DNA of 64,000 nt from Obrimoposthia wandeli (lineage: Eukaryota): NCBI GenBank assembly GCA_977020255.1, contig CDROCS010000868.1, positions 930,001 through 994,000 on the forward strand, read 5' to 3'. Made by a program: the position numbers and the translations under genes. The notes beneath the pieces were generated by a model. It did no database searches, was not told where the DNA came from, and was given only the letters and a program-made list of their open reading frames with translations. Shown in pieces: positions 53,137 to 64,000 of this stretch (position 1 is its first letter; every line of letters starts with the position of its first letter).

Positions 53137-55615
53137 CTAATATAAAAATATGTAATGGGTTATTCTTGTAGAAAATATTATTTTACACACATTGGACCAA
53201 TCTACATAAATGACAGTGCAATTATTTACGTTATACGTATATTATAAATAAGTGGCAATGCCGTAACGTCATTGTGCGAACGCTAAACATCGACACATTT
53301 CGTTCAGCTCACGTCCATATATTAGTGGGAAGCAAATAATATCATTAAAACATCATTTTGGCAACTAATTTCTCATTTAGATACGAAAAATTCAAATATA
53401 ATGAAAAAATAATAATTTAGCGTTAAAATGAGTGAAAAATATCGATAACTTCATTGTGCGAACGCTAAACGTTATCGGATTTCCTTCAAATTTCGTACAT
53501 ATGATGCTTAGTACAAAATGACATCAATGGAACATCATGTCAGGCAATATTTTTGTATTAAGATACTAGAAATTCGCATTTTATAAAAAAAAACGTTTTT
53601 TTTTCATTTTTTGATATTTTAAGGCTCTTGTGCGATCGGAAGGACTATTCGTATCAATCTGAAATTTTGCAAGCCTCAATTCTACATCAATTGGCACCTT
53701 TTCCCAAGTCATGCGAATACAATTTCTAAAATTTTGGTTTTTACCACCCAAGACGAGCCACCCTAGTATACAGATAGTGATCTTATAACAAACAACAATT
53801 GTGTGACGGTTACCCGGACCGCTACGTATTAAAAAGCATTGATTATGTAAATAATTATTTAACCATTTTTCAATTTACATTAATAACATGGGCCCCTCTT
53901 GGCCCCTTTTTAGACTGAGGGGGTTTTCGGGCGGGATTGAACCCCATCCCAATATCCCATTGACGCGATGTTATTGGAAATTGTAATTTTAGTATTTCCT
54001 TGAAGATATGTTCAAATTCATGGTCCTGTTGACTTTCAGATATAATATCTCAGAGAATCCTGAAGGTTTTCGGTTATTTTTTAATATTTCAAAAATACTC
54101 AGTTCTACAATTGTGCATAATTTTATTCAATTCGTTAATTTGTACTCAGAAAAGAATTAAAGTAGTTTATTTGAATTGCGTTTGAAGCATTCATACAAAT
54201 TTGCTGACAATGGATACATTTATATCATTAGAATGCATTGTTTATTCTAACTAAACTAAGTAATTATTGAATTGTTTACAAGATAAATATAACATTTGTA
54301 TACACCTAGTGATACTCAACGGTGATAATCGTCAGAGTTTTGAATTACCTATAATAAATTAATGCAATTTTAGGTAAAATAAATAATACTTAGTATAGGA
54401 ATCCGCACACTAACTTCAAAATGAACCGTGATAAGAAAAATCAACGGTGATACAAACATAGACACACATACACATACAGACAAAGTACTGTATGTGATTT
54501 CATGTATAACTTATACTATAGAAAGTAATTTCATTTCAACCGTGATAAGGAAAATTTACCGTGATACTATTTTACATACAATGTAAGAAAAATTAAATTA
54601 AATTGTAAGTTATTTATTTTTTCAATTTAATTTTTAAATCAGGGTTTCTCTGTCTGATAAAGCTCACTTAATAAAAGCATATGAAACTGGCAAAGACATA
54701 ATTTATCGATACCGAAATTTTAAAAAAAAACGGAAAGAGCAAAAGGTAAAACGCTTAATTGAAGAATGGATAAAGAATAAAGAATATAATTTAAGAATAA
54801 ATGGTATTTAAAAAAATAATAATAAATCTTACTTTTTCTTTATATTCCGTATTCAATGACTGTTCATATTAGGCTTAAAAGCCCCTTCGCAAAATACTTA
54901 AGTTTTCATTTCATAACGTGATCATAAAGATCACAATTAATCACAAACGAAAACAAAAATATGTAGCTGAAAAATACGCTACAAAAATACAGTCACTACA
55001 TCACTGTTCACCTGACTCATATCACCGTTCAAACTGAAATATTATACATACCTTACGATATGCATTGAATAATTTTCTATCCGACACATCATAGAAATCC
55101 ACTGAATTTACAAAGGTATTGGCAAGTCCTACAAACCATGGATTGTTGACAAATTTGGTGTTGTAGTTTTTAAATATTCTTTTCATAAAAAAATAAGAAG
55201 AAATATAAATATAATAATTTAAATTATAACTCTACTTGGAATGATGTAAGTTGCCCAGTTGTTGTTTTTTCCAGGTGTAATTTGGGGCTGATCTCATCAC
55301 AGGTTAGTTGGAATACAGATAAGCTAAACTTATTAATTTATTTATTGATCCGAAATACTTTGAGTTTTCCGTATATATTTAAATCTAAATTAACTTCATT
55401 TAAATACTAGATAGAAAGTTAACACAATTTCATTAATAAATAGTTTACATTTACTATTGTTTTAAAAATATAAGCCGACATCACTTTTTTAATACGATAA
55501 AGCCAGTTTCCCATGTTTACTGTTATGTACAGCATCCAGCCTTCATTTACCACTAATACTGATCTTTGACAAAAGTTATAACACTAGAAAGGTTTCCAAA
55601 TGGTATCGTTATAAA

Positions 55616-56406
55616 AGTTAATCCCAAAGCTCAATGATTTTCCGAATGTCTAAATAGATTCTTCCATCATAAATCGGTGTTAATGGAAAGAAAACGTCAT
55701 TAGAAACCAGACATTGGCACACAAGAGGCTCAGTGAAAGTGTTGAGTTTAACTGGTGCTGTATACGGATGGATCCAAGAACAAAAGAAGGTCTAACGGCA
55801 TCGGGACTGTTGTGGTTACCAAGAGAGATGCAGGATGTCTGGATAGGCTCACACAGGTGTAGATTTTGTAGTCAGACAGACATTCCTCCAAAATAAGAAC
55901 TTTCTAGTTGATTCATTCCATGATGCTGCTAAACAATCACATGGGTATATATTTATTGACTTTACACAAGCTTACACAGATGATTTACGTGTTTAACATA
56001 TATATTTAATTCTAAGGGAGTTAATCCCAAAGCTCAATGATTTTCCGAATGTCTAAATAGATTCTTCCATCATAAATCGGTGTTAATGGCGTCATTAGTT
56101 GGCACACAAGAGGCTCAGTGAAAGTGTTGAGTTTAACTGGTGCTGTATACGGATGGATCCAAGAACAAAAGAAGGTCTAACGGCATCGGGACTGTTGTGG
56201 TTACCAAGAGAGATGCAGGATGTCTGGATAGGCTCAAACAGGTGTAGATTTTGTAGTCAGACAGACATTCCTCCAAAATAAGAACTTTCTAGTTGATTCA
56301 TTCCATGATGCTGCTAAACAAGCACATGGGTATATATTTATTGACTTTACACAAGCTTGCACAGATGATTTACGTGTTTAACATATATATTTAATTCTAA
56401 GGGAGT
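55616..56406 (+). repeat. Tandem duplication (about 400 bp x2) containing an RNase H-like remnant
   Basis: 55616-56021 repeated at 56019-56406 with an 18-bp deletion; one frame reads VLYTDGSKNKRRSNGIGTVVV (retroelement RNase H YTDGSK..G.G motif). Confidence 0.75.
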
Positions 56407-56630
56407 AACTGTTTATAAACAAATAGAGAACAATTATAAAAAATTAATTTGCAATGCCCTTTAAGAAGTTGATAGTAAAACATAAACGTAAAGTAAAGGC
56501 AAATCCTAAGAAATAAAAAAAGAATCATTAAGAAAAAAGAAGTGAATAAATGAATCAAGTCTCTAGTTCGAAGTAAAATAAAACTTAAATGGCTTCGAAT
56601 ATAAACAATATTAAAAATAAACTTTTTTAA

Positions 56631-56935
56631 ATGAAGAAAATACAAAGAAGCATACCCTATTTTAAAGCTTTGGTCAAAGCCTATTTTCATAAGAGAATGA
56701 GTATTCTTAAATCATTTCCATCTTTTGTTGTAGATGATTTAATGGAAGTTTTGTATAATATAGTTTGGGTTTGAGTAAAATTGGAAAACGGAGAAATTTA
56801 GAAAAACTCTTCTAGATATTGCTAATGTAAAAAGTAAAAAAGGGAAACGAAATATTATTCTTAAACAGAATGGTGGTTTCATAGGGGCTGTTAAACCGGT
56901 TGTTGCTTCAATTATCAGTAGTATTATACACGTAC
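56631..56935 (+). pseudogene. Small basic Polinton protein ending in a GG|F-type hydrophobic tail
   Basis: MKKIQRSIPYFKALVK..KRNIILKQNGGFIGAV..VVASIISS. Confidence 0.6.
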
Positions 56936-57025
56936 ATAAACAATTATTTCTAAAATCAGCTAAAGATATGGGTGCTAGCCCTTCTTTACCTAAACTTAAA
57001 TTTTCTTTTTATTCAAATTGTTGTA

Positions 57026-58037
57026 ATGGAGAAGATATGGTTCAATCCAAAAGATCCAATTGGCTACACAGGAGTTTCAAAATGGGCAAAAGAAATTCAA
57101 GAAAACGTAGAAATGGCTGAGTGATCAGTTTGCCTACAGTCTGAACAAAGCCGATGAGAAGAAGGTTTCCAACTAGAGCATACAAAACCAACGGTCCTAA
57201 TAATTTATGGCAAAAGGATTTGATAGAGATGATCCCATATTCTTACATTAATAAAAGATACAGATATATTTTAACTCGTTTGATGTATTTCCAGTATACG
57301 TAATTCCAGTTAAAGCAAAGTCTTCAATAGCTATGCTTGAGGCCATTAAAGAAATATTAAAAGAGGACATTCCACAAAATGTGCAAACTGATTTAGGAAA
57401 AGAATTTTATAATAAGCAAGTTCAATCATTATTTAAACAAAATAATATAAATCACTACTCAGTGTTTTCACAATACAAAGCAGCAGTAGTAGAAAGATTT
57501 AATCGGACTTTAAGAGATCGAATAAAAAAGTATTTCACAAAAGAAGGAAATAAAAAATGGATCCAAGTTTTACCTAAAATAATACATGCATATAATCACT
57601 CTGAACATAGACGTCTCAAGGGAATGAGACCTGTTGATGTTACTGATAAAAAGTCTATAGATATTTGGATAGACATGAATAAAAAAGAAAATCTTAAAAA
57701 GGCTTAATATAAGAAACACGAATATGTTCGAATTTCTAAAATTAGCTTTTTGCCATTTATCAAAAGTTTTGATCAAAATTGGAGCTATGAAATATTTTGT
57801 ATAAGTAAAATTGATCAAAAGAGTAATTCAATAATGTATACTATTAAAGAGGCTGACAATAATATCATTCAAATTAAATTTTAAGAACAAGAACTACAAG
57901 TATGGTCAAATAAACTTAACGTTTTCTGTATTTTAAAATTATTAAAATCTAAGGGTACTGGTAAACATAAACAATACTTTGTTAAATAGCATGGTTATTC
58001 AGATCCAAGATAGATATCAGCATCTAATATAATATGA
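57026..58037 (+). pseudogene. INT: Polinton integrase with chromodomain
   Basis: MEKIWFNPKDPIGYTG, NLWQKDLIEM, VQTDLGKEFYN, KAAVVERFNRTLR, AYNHSEHR, KSKGTGKHKQYFVK*HGY. Confidence 0.93.
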
Positions 58038-59048
58038 CATTTATGTATATGGTTTTACCTAGTAACGGATGCCAAAAGACTCAGCCGGATAATGACGTTA
58101 GTAGCTTTATTATCGATTGGGAAAATCCTATAAATCTACAGGGAGAATGGGAAGCGGCTTTAACATAATTTACTTATTATAATTCTTCAATTACTATCAG
58201 AAAAACTCAGATATTTCGTTTACAAAAGAAATTAAGTATGATGAAGCAAATAATCTTGTGATCGGGTTTGATAGTAAAGGGAAATTCTATTACAATTGTA
58301 TAGATAAAGAAGTGAAAGTATTATATGAAAAAAACAAATTCATATTTAAAAAAGATTATTTTTTATTCACTTGACATTTGAATCTAAAAAAGAAGCTCTT
58401 CAATTCGGTTTGGATAGTGAACATGCAATAGGTATTAAAATCGGTTAGAAATATTTGAGATAGAATAGCAAAAATAATGTTTTTTGAAACGAGAGTAAAA
58501 GATGTAGGGGAACTGAAAAAGATTTCAAAAGATTATAAAATAGATAATGAAGTGAATTTATGTAAATTAATACAGAAGGAATTTAGTAAATATTTGGATA
58601 AATGTGTAACATTAAAAAATGGTATATTGACGTTTACAGTAAAGAGGTTTCCTTTGATGATAAACTCGCTAAAAACCTGGGTTTAACCAGAAATACATTT
58701 GAAACCCATACAGTAAAAACCATAAAAGCTAAAAATAAGGCAAAACTTTTAAATGCTATTAATCAGTTATATATTTATACTAGTTAAATAGAATCAACAC
58801 TTGTTGTAAGACTACGACTTCCACTTTTGAGAACAATATGGATATTTCATAGTCAAACTAAAGTTAGGAAAATTATCGGTATTTGTATAGATCAACCAAT
58901 GTATCTTCCAGTTTCTCTCTTATCTATAAACAATATTGAAGTAAATATTAGAAATGATTCCGGAAAATTAGTAGATCTCACGTACGGAGCCAAGACAAGT
59001 TTAACAATACATTTAAGAAAACAAAATGGCGAATCCGGCAATAATTAA
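58034..59048 (+). pseudogene. mCP: Polinton minor capsid protein
   Basis: ATGA overlap with the INT stop; MYMVLPSNGCQKTQPDND..IDWENPINLQGEWEAALT; C-terminal MYLPVS..NIEVNIRNDSGKLVDL..TSLTIHLRK. Confidence 0.88.
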
Positions 59049-59395
59049 AGCTTATAGTCAAAGCTAACAGGGTAGAGAATTACCATATTTTGTTGGTAAA
59101 CAATATGGATCCGGTTGGCTTAGAACATTAGGTAGATTTGCTTTTCCTCTTTTGAAGAGACTCAGCGATTTATATCAAAATTAGGAAATAATTACCTTTC
59201 ATCTAAGGATAATAAACTAATACCAACTTTTAAGAAGTATGCACCTAATTAACTTGATAATTTTTTACCTGATGTTGCTAATTTGATTTGAAAAGGTAAA
59301 TCAAGTAAAAGCCAAGAAGGTAGAGGATTTAAACGTAAAAATGAACAAAAAATTAATATAAGGAACACAATTGAAGGAACAATATTAGAAAAATG
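59026..59395 (+). pseudogene. Conserved Polinton putative core protein (QxGxG motif)
   Basis: YSQS*QGRELPYFVGKQYGSGWLRTLGRFAFPLLKR. Confidence 0.65.
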
Positions 59396-60606
59396 AGTTG
59401 CACCAAAACTAAATTGTGTATTTTTGATAAACCTCTTCGCAAGAAGTTGCTACCTTTGAAGAAATATCTCTAGTTAACTCAGTTTCAGGAACCTCTTTAA
59501 CCGATTTAGAATTTAATATTAATGGTTCCAAACGGGATTATGTAGATTTGAATGATACTTTGCTTTATGTCTAATAAATTGAAATGGTACTAATTTAGCA
59601 GAAAATGCCGATGTAACACCTGTTAATTATCTCTTTAATTCTTTATTTAGTGATGCCATTGTTACTCTTAATAATGTTAAAATTGAAGGTGGAAATTCTT
59701 CCTATGCTCATAAAGTTTTGATTGAAAGTCTATTGAATTATAGAACTGATACTCAAAATACTAATTTGGCAACCATTGGTTTTATAAAATGGCTGCAACT
59801 AGTAAAGAATAGATTGCAGAGTCTGAAGCTTTTGAAATGTGTGGATCTAAGAGACTAAACTTCTTTAAACAACCTAAATATTTAATTCCTGGTGTTAATG
59901 TATATATTTGTTTGAAACGCAATAAATATAGTTTTTCTTTGTTAGGCACAACATTATAAAACTTAGACTTTATATTTTGGATGCAAACCTGTATGTCTGA
60001 AGACTTAAAACCAAGCAAACAGTTTTAATGGCACATAATGTAGGAATGGGAAAAAACAATGCTTGTTATCGTATTAGAGAAACTAAAATTATAGCATACT
60101 CTTTGAATGAGCGTACGCAAGCTTTTAATATGAATCAACTATTTGGTTATACAAAATTACCCAATTTAGATTTTAATTTAATTTCAAAATACTGCAAATT
60201 TCCTAGGAAATTATACGACAGATGTAACACAATTTAATAATCTTAATGTAGGTTCAGTGACACTTTCAAAAAATAGTGATTATCGTGAAACCTATGAAAG
60301 AGATTTTGAATGTAACGCTTATATCTTGGCTTATATGCAATCCATTATTCGGAATTTTGGTCAACTAGATAAATATAATCAATGGTATCTCTTTCTCAGA
60401 GTGTTAAAGCAGCAGTCCGTTCTTCACATTTGTTTTGACACCAGACTTTGATATAAACCAATGCCAACTACCAAAATATGAAAATTTACGACTAGAAATT
60501 AAATTCAATGCAGCTTTAACACATCCTACTACGGTGCTTATTTACGGAGTATTTGATTCGGAAATACAAATCAATAAAAACAGAACTGTCATATTATAGA
60601 ATTAAG
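59393..60606 (+). pseudogene. MCP: Polinton major capsid protein
   Basis: CTKTKLCIFDKP, LEFNINGSKRDYVDLNDTLLYV, KQPKYLIPGVNV, VLIYGVFDSEIQINKNRTV; multiple lesions. Confidence 0.9.
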
Positions 60607-60619
60607 TAAGTCATTTTTT

Positions 60620-61030
60620 AAATGTATATGTATTAATTTTAATTTAGTTCAGTACAAGTACAAGAATCAGCAGATAAGGTCCTGGGTGATAAATTCAATG
60701 GAGTTTATCCTATTGATATGATTCCATTTTTTCAATCTGGAGGTTACATTATCAATACTCATACTTCGAATTTACTAGAACATTGGATAGCTATTTATGT
60801 TAAAGAGTGGATAATAAATGTATTTGATCCACTTACAACGTTTTATCCACATAAGCTTGTTTCAACTGTTCAGAAAGGACGAAGATGAGTATTTTACAAC
60901 AAGATACAATACCAGGATCCAGCAAAGAGAAACTGTGGACATTATGTATTTTATGGTTATCGTTGCAAAACGATTAGTGTGTTATAAAAATAAAAAATTT
61001 AAATGTTTTATTTTGAATTATTTTTTTTAA
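60620..61030 (+). pseudogene. PRO: Adenain-like cysteine protease remnant
   Basis: DKFNGVYPIDMIP, GYIINTHTSNL.EHWIAIYV, followed by Q....TCGHYV.F-like sequence. Confidence 0.8.
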
Positions 61031-61242
61031 ATCCCCAAAAATATAAGGGTAAATTAATAAAAGATATAAGACGAAATTTTTTTTAATACATTTATTAAAA
61101 ACAACATCACAATGAGATCTGTCAGCAAAGATAAAGTCCATCCTAAAAAACGTTTTGAAATAACAAAAAGTTAGAGTCAAGGTGCCATAGGGATATAAAA
61201 TTTTAAAAAACTAATCTAAAAAAATCAAAAAATGAAAACCGT

Positions 61243-62330
61243 TTAAATTCGGAAGTGTCCATAAGCCAGGCTAGCGTTCTTTTCTACCCAAAAGCGCTTG
61301 TCGTCATTACTACTAAAAGAGATTTTGTTTATTTATGTGAATACAGTTTATGGGCTCATGAAATAAATCTAGTTTGCTCAACGCTTTCAATACACCCAGT
61401 ATCATAACCTTTCCGGTAGGCCTCATGCGTAAGATTGTTCCTTCCCACACCTTTTTCTCCCATTGTACATGTATTATTAGTATAGAGGACTATTTAAGAA
61501 GATATTTATGGGTAGCAAGTAAGTTATACTTAAACATTGCCGATAATAATTGATTTTTTAAACTAACATTCTTAAATTCTAAAATGAAAAAAAAGATTGA
61601 ATTTGCAGTGATATTTCTGTAATTCTATATATTGAAGCACATACATACTGAATTTGGAAATATATAAAACCGTTTGACCTATATAACTCGGTCGATCGAG
61701 ACAAATGTTCTGTTTTCCTAATAACACTGCTACCAGGTCATCTGCGATTATAAAAGTATGCGTGAAGTTGTACTCGGTAGTATATGTTATTAGTTCGCTC
61801 TCATCATTGCAAACCCGTAGACAGTTACATTTTGGCAATTCTTCTACAGTTTTACCAAAGAGACTATTACTTTTTAACTTATAAAATCCCGATCGACTTT
61901 GCTAGGGACCAAATTACGTTTTTTAAAATCTTCTCAATATCGTTTTTAACACACAAAGTTTTGACGAAAGCTTATGAATCCAAGTGACTATCGCTCCCAA
62001 CTTTAAGTGGAATAGATGAAGAGACCAATGCACCATTTAATTTAACTTGTCTTCATGAGTTAATAATAATTTCTCAGCTTTTGAATTAGGTGGACATTGA
62101 TGAACAGGAGCCATTGGAAGATCATCTAATGTGTCGTGCACATTAGAAGGGATTGTTAAATTGACCTCAACCAAATAACCAACATTTGATGAAACTGTAT
62201 CAACAGTCGCCAAATCTGTCATCAACTTATTCAACTCTTCCACATCATACACCCACGAAAGTTGGTATTGGGTAGAGGTTGAGTAATTGCTCTTACATAT
62301 AAATTATTAAGGTCGATGTACAGAATCTCT
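61243..62330 (-). pseudogene. pPolB: Protein-primed family B DNA polymerase, polymerase domain only
   Basis: ILYIDLNNLY.RAITQPLP (motif A), GYLVEVNLTIP..HDTLDDLPMAP, KLKSNSLFGKT (motif B), C-terminal SSNDDKRF..LAYGHF; DTDS motif not found. Confidence 0.9.
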
Positions 62331-63330
62331 GTGGATTGAGTTTTGACCTCATGATTTTGTGGCCTTTGTAATACGGGTTCTGGCAGCAGAACCGTATCAT
62401 CTGCAGTAGGAGTTGGAGTAGTAGCAGGGGATGAGGTAATACCGTTCCATTTGTCAGTGAAGAGGTGCCACTCATAATTGTTCAACTCAACGATGATTGA
62501 ATAATTTCTGACAGGAGCTTCGCTGACTGTCGAGAGAGTTGGTGTGAGGCCATCCCATTCGCTGAGGAATATAATTAGATCCTCATCCTCGTCATACTCG
62601 ACCATGATGCTGTCGTGGATTTCTCGGGCGAGTCGGAGTTGTCCCAATCCTTGAAGAAAGCAGTCAAATCCTATTCCTCATTCTCCTGTGTTTCCGATAA
62701 AAAACTTGTGTCATCCGCATCTGGTTCTTCATTGCTGAAAAGCTTCTCGTCGGAATCTGGAGCGAGAATTGTTTTTGGCTGAGACAACAGGATCAATTGC
62801 CACGGACATTGATATTTGATCCTTGTCTCAATGTTGTAAAAGAGGTTACTTCTTTTCCTCGTCGATGCCTCCAACGGTCTCCTTGCTGCTTCTGCCGAAG
62901 TTGACCAGACCTATGGGGCCTTTGAGAAATTGATTGCGTTCACATTAATAAATGTTTGATAAATAAATAAATCTCGTTGATGAGTAAAATCATCCAAATT
63001 TTCTATCGAATCCTGACTAATCAGTTCGATATGTTGGGATCTCTGTATCCTTCTCCTCGTACTGCTTCCCCCTCCTCTTGCTGCTGTTGCTGCTCTTGGA
63101 GTCGAAGTGACAAGAGGTTCATCCAGGTCCATCGACTATTGACTAGTTAAGTCAAAATATTACAATGCCGCTCCTCTTGCTGCTGTTGATGCTGCTCCTC
63201 GTGCTGTTGTCGGTGCTGCTCCTTCTTCTTCTCTCGTCAGATCGAGAAGTTGGCTTACCACCATCGAGTCTTGGCTAAGTAAGTCATTATACTGTGACGG
63301 TGGTAGCGTTCGTCACTGCACTGGAGGGAG
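62330..63330 (-). pseudogene. GC-richer, low-complexity acidic accessory ORF upstream of pPolB
   Basis: ORF-track pieces 62911-63132 and 62671-62874 plus the upstream stretch lie in one frame separated only by single stop codons; 62231-62647 follows after a frameshift. Confidence 0.5.
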
Positions 63331-64000
63331 GTATCCATACAGTTGCTCGTAGAATCAATGTCAACATTATTAAAAAAACAGAATTTCATGATTTAAAATT
63401 TGTAAAAAACAATGAAAACATTTATCCTTATATACACAAACATCAGACTAACCCTCTTTCAAAGTCCAATGAGAGCATCTTAGTAGTATTTTTTAAAGTT
63501 TTTGACTACGTATGTGTGTGTATGTGTATCATAGGCTAGAAAAATATTTTCAATTAATTTATTCAAAATGTTTTATTATTTTGTTAAGAGTTTCTGAGTT
63601 TGTATATTTTGAGCATTAGAGATTTTGTGTAAGATGGCCAATAAAACATTACATTTTTTGAGTCAGAATGAATGTTTATCATGTTTGCCATCAGATAGCC
63701 TCTCAGCCACTTTGGCACTGTATGGGTACAATATGATATTTCCAGTTTTAAGGTGTCTAAAATGGGGTTAAATGTATTCCGTGGTTCGGTGAGATTGTAA
63801 GTGGGAAATAGATTGAAATTAAAAAACACATATACTTACTTTTTGCATATAACTCATAAAGTCCTATATAGTGATTTAATGGCAGTGGCATTGTACATGA
63901 CAAATTTGGGGATTTCAGAAGCTAAATAGTAAGCAAAGAATCGTAGACATCTGCTCAAAATCGCTCTTCATGGAATTCAAGTACCGTATGCGCTTAATCT

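Larger units (their letters stand above)
48765..53765 (+). mobile_element. hATm-type DNA transposon (5.0 kb)
   Basis: TAGGGTGGCTCG...CGAGCCACCCTA termini; TIRs about 48765-49150 and 53366-53765; perfect 8-bp TSD GTATACAG at 48757-48764 and 53766-53773. Confidence 0.95.
56631..63330. mobile_element. Decayed Polinton/Maverick core, termini not identified
   Basis: Plus-strand small ORF-INT-mCP-core ORF-MCP-PRO converging on minus-strand pPolB; a different family from 19507-25652 (mCP N-termini only about half identical by eye). Confidence 0.92.

Noticed and set aside
54300-54570. Repeated ACCGTGATA/ACGGTGATA motifs
   Set aside because: Probably subterminal repeats of a decayed MITE; no ends or TSD could be defined.
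1-64000. rRNA, tRNA or other structured ncRNA genes
   Set aside because: No cloverleaf or rRNA signature seen by eye; tRNAscan-SE and Infernal would be needed to exclude them formally.

Overview
Very AT-rich eukaryotic (metazoan-type) DNA with no prokaryotic operons, rRNA, tRNA or CRISPR. It reads as large, transposon-filled introns of a minus-strand host gene, for which 2 well-supported and 2 tentative exons are visible. Four Polinton/Maverick-derived elements dominate. (1) A 2.9-kb non-coding element (475-3412) with a perfect 6-bp TSD, inserted in a dead mariner. (2) A 6.1-kb internally deleted Polinton (19507-25652) with TIRs and remnants of ATPase, integrase, minor and major capsid and protease; it also carries an unexpected TBP-like ORF and a BIR+RING (IAP-like) gene next to one TIR. 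(3) A 7.3-kb non-coding, satellite-filled element (33903-41169) inside a 9.1-kb palindrome whose arms run 923 bp past the element termini. (4) A decayed Polinton core at about 56.6-63.3 kb (INT, mCP, MCP, PRO, pPolB, accessory ORF). Also present: a complete hATm-type transposon with 8-bp TSD containing a fragment of a second hAT, pogo, BEL/Pao and other hAT remnants, tandem duplications and a pair of RFX X-boxes. All protein assignments come from motif recognition by eye, not database searches. Coordinates of decayed genes are approximate.
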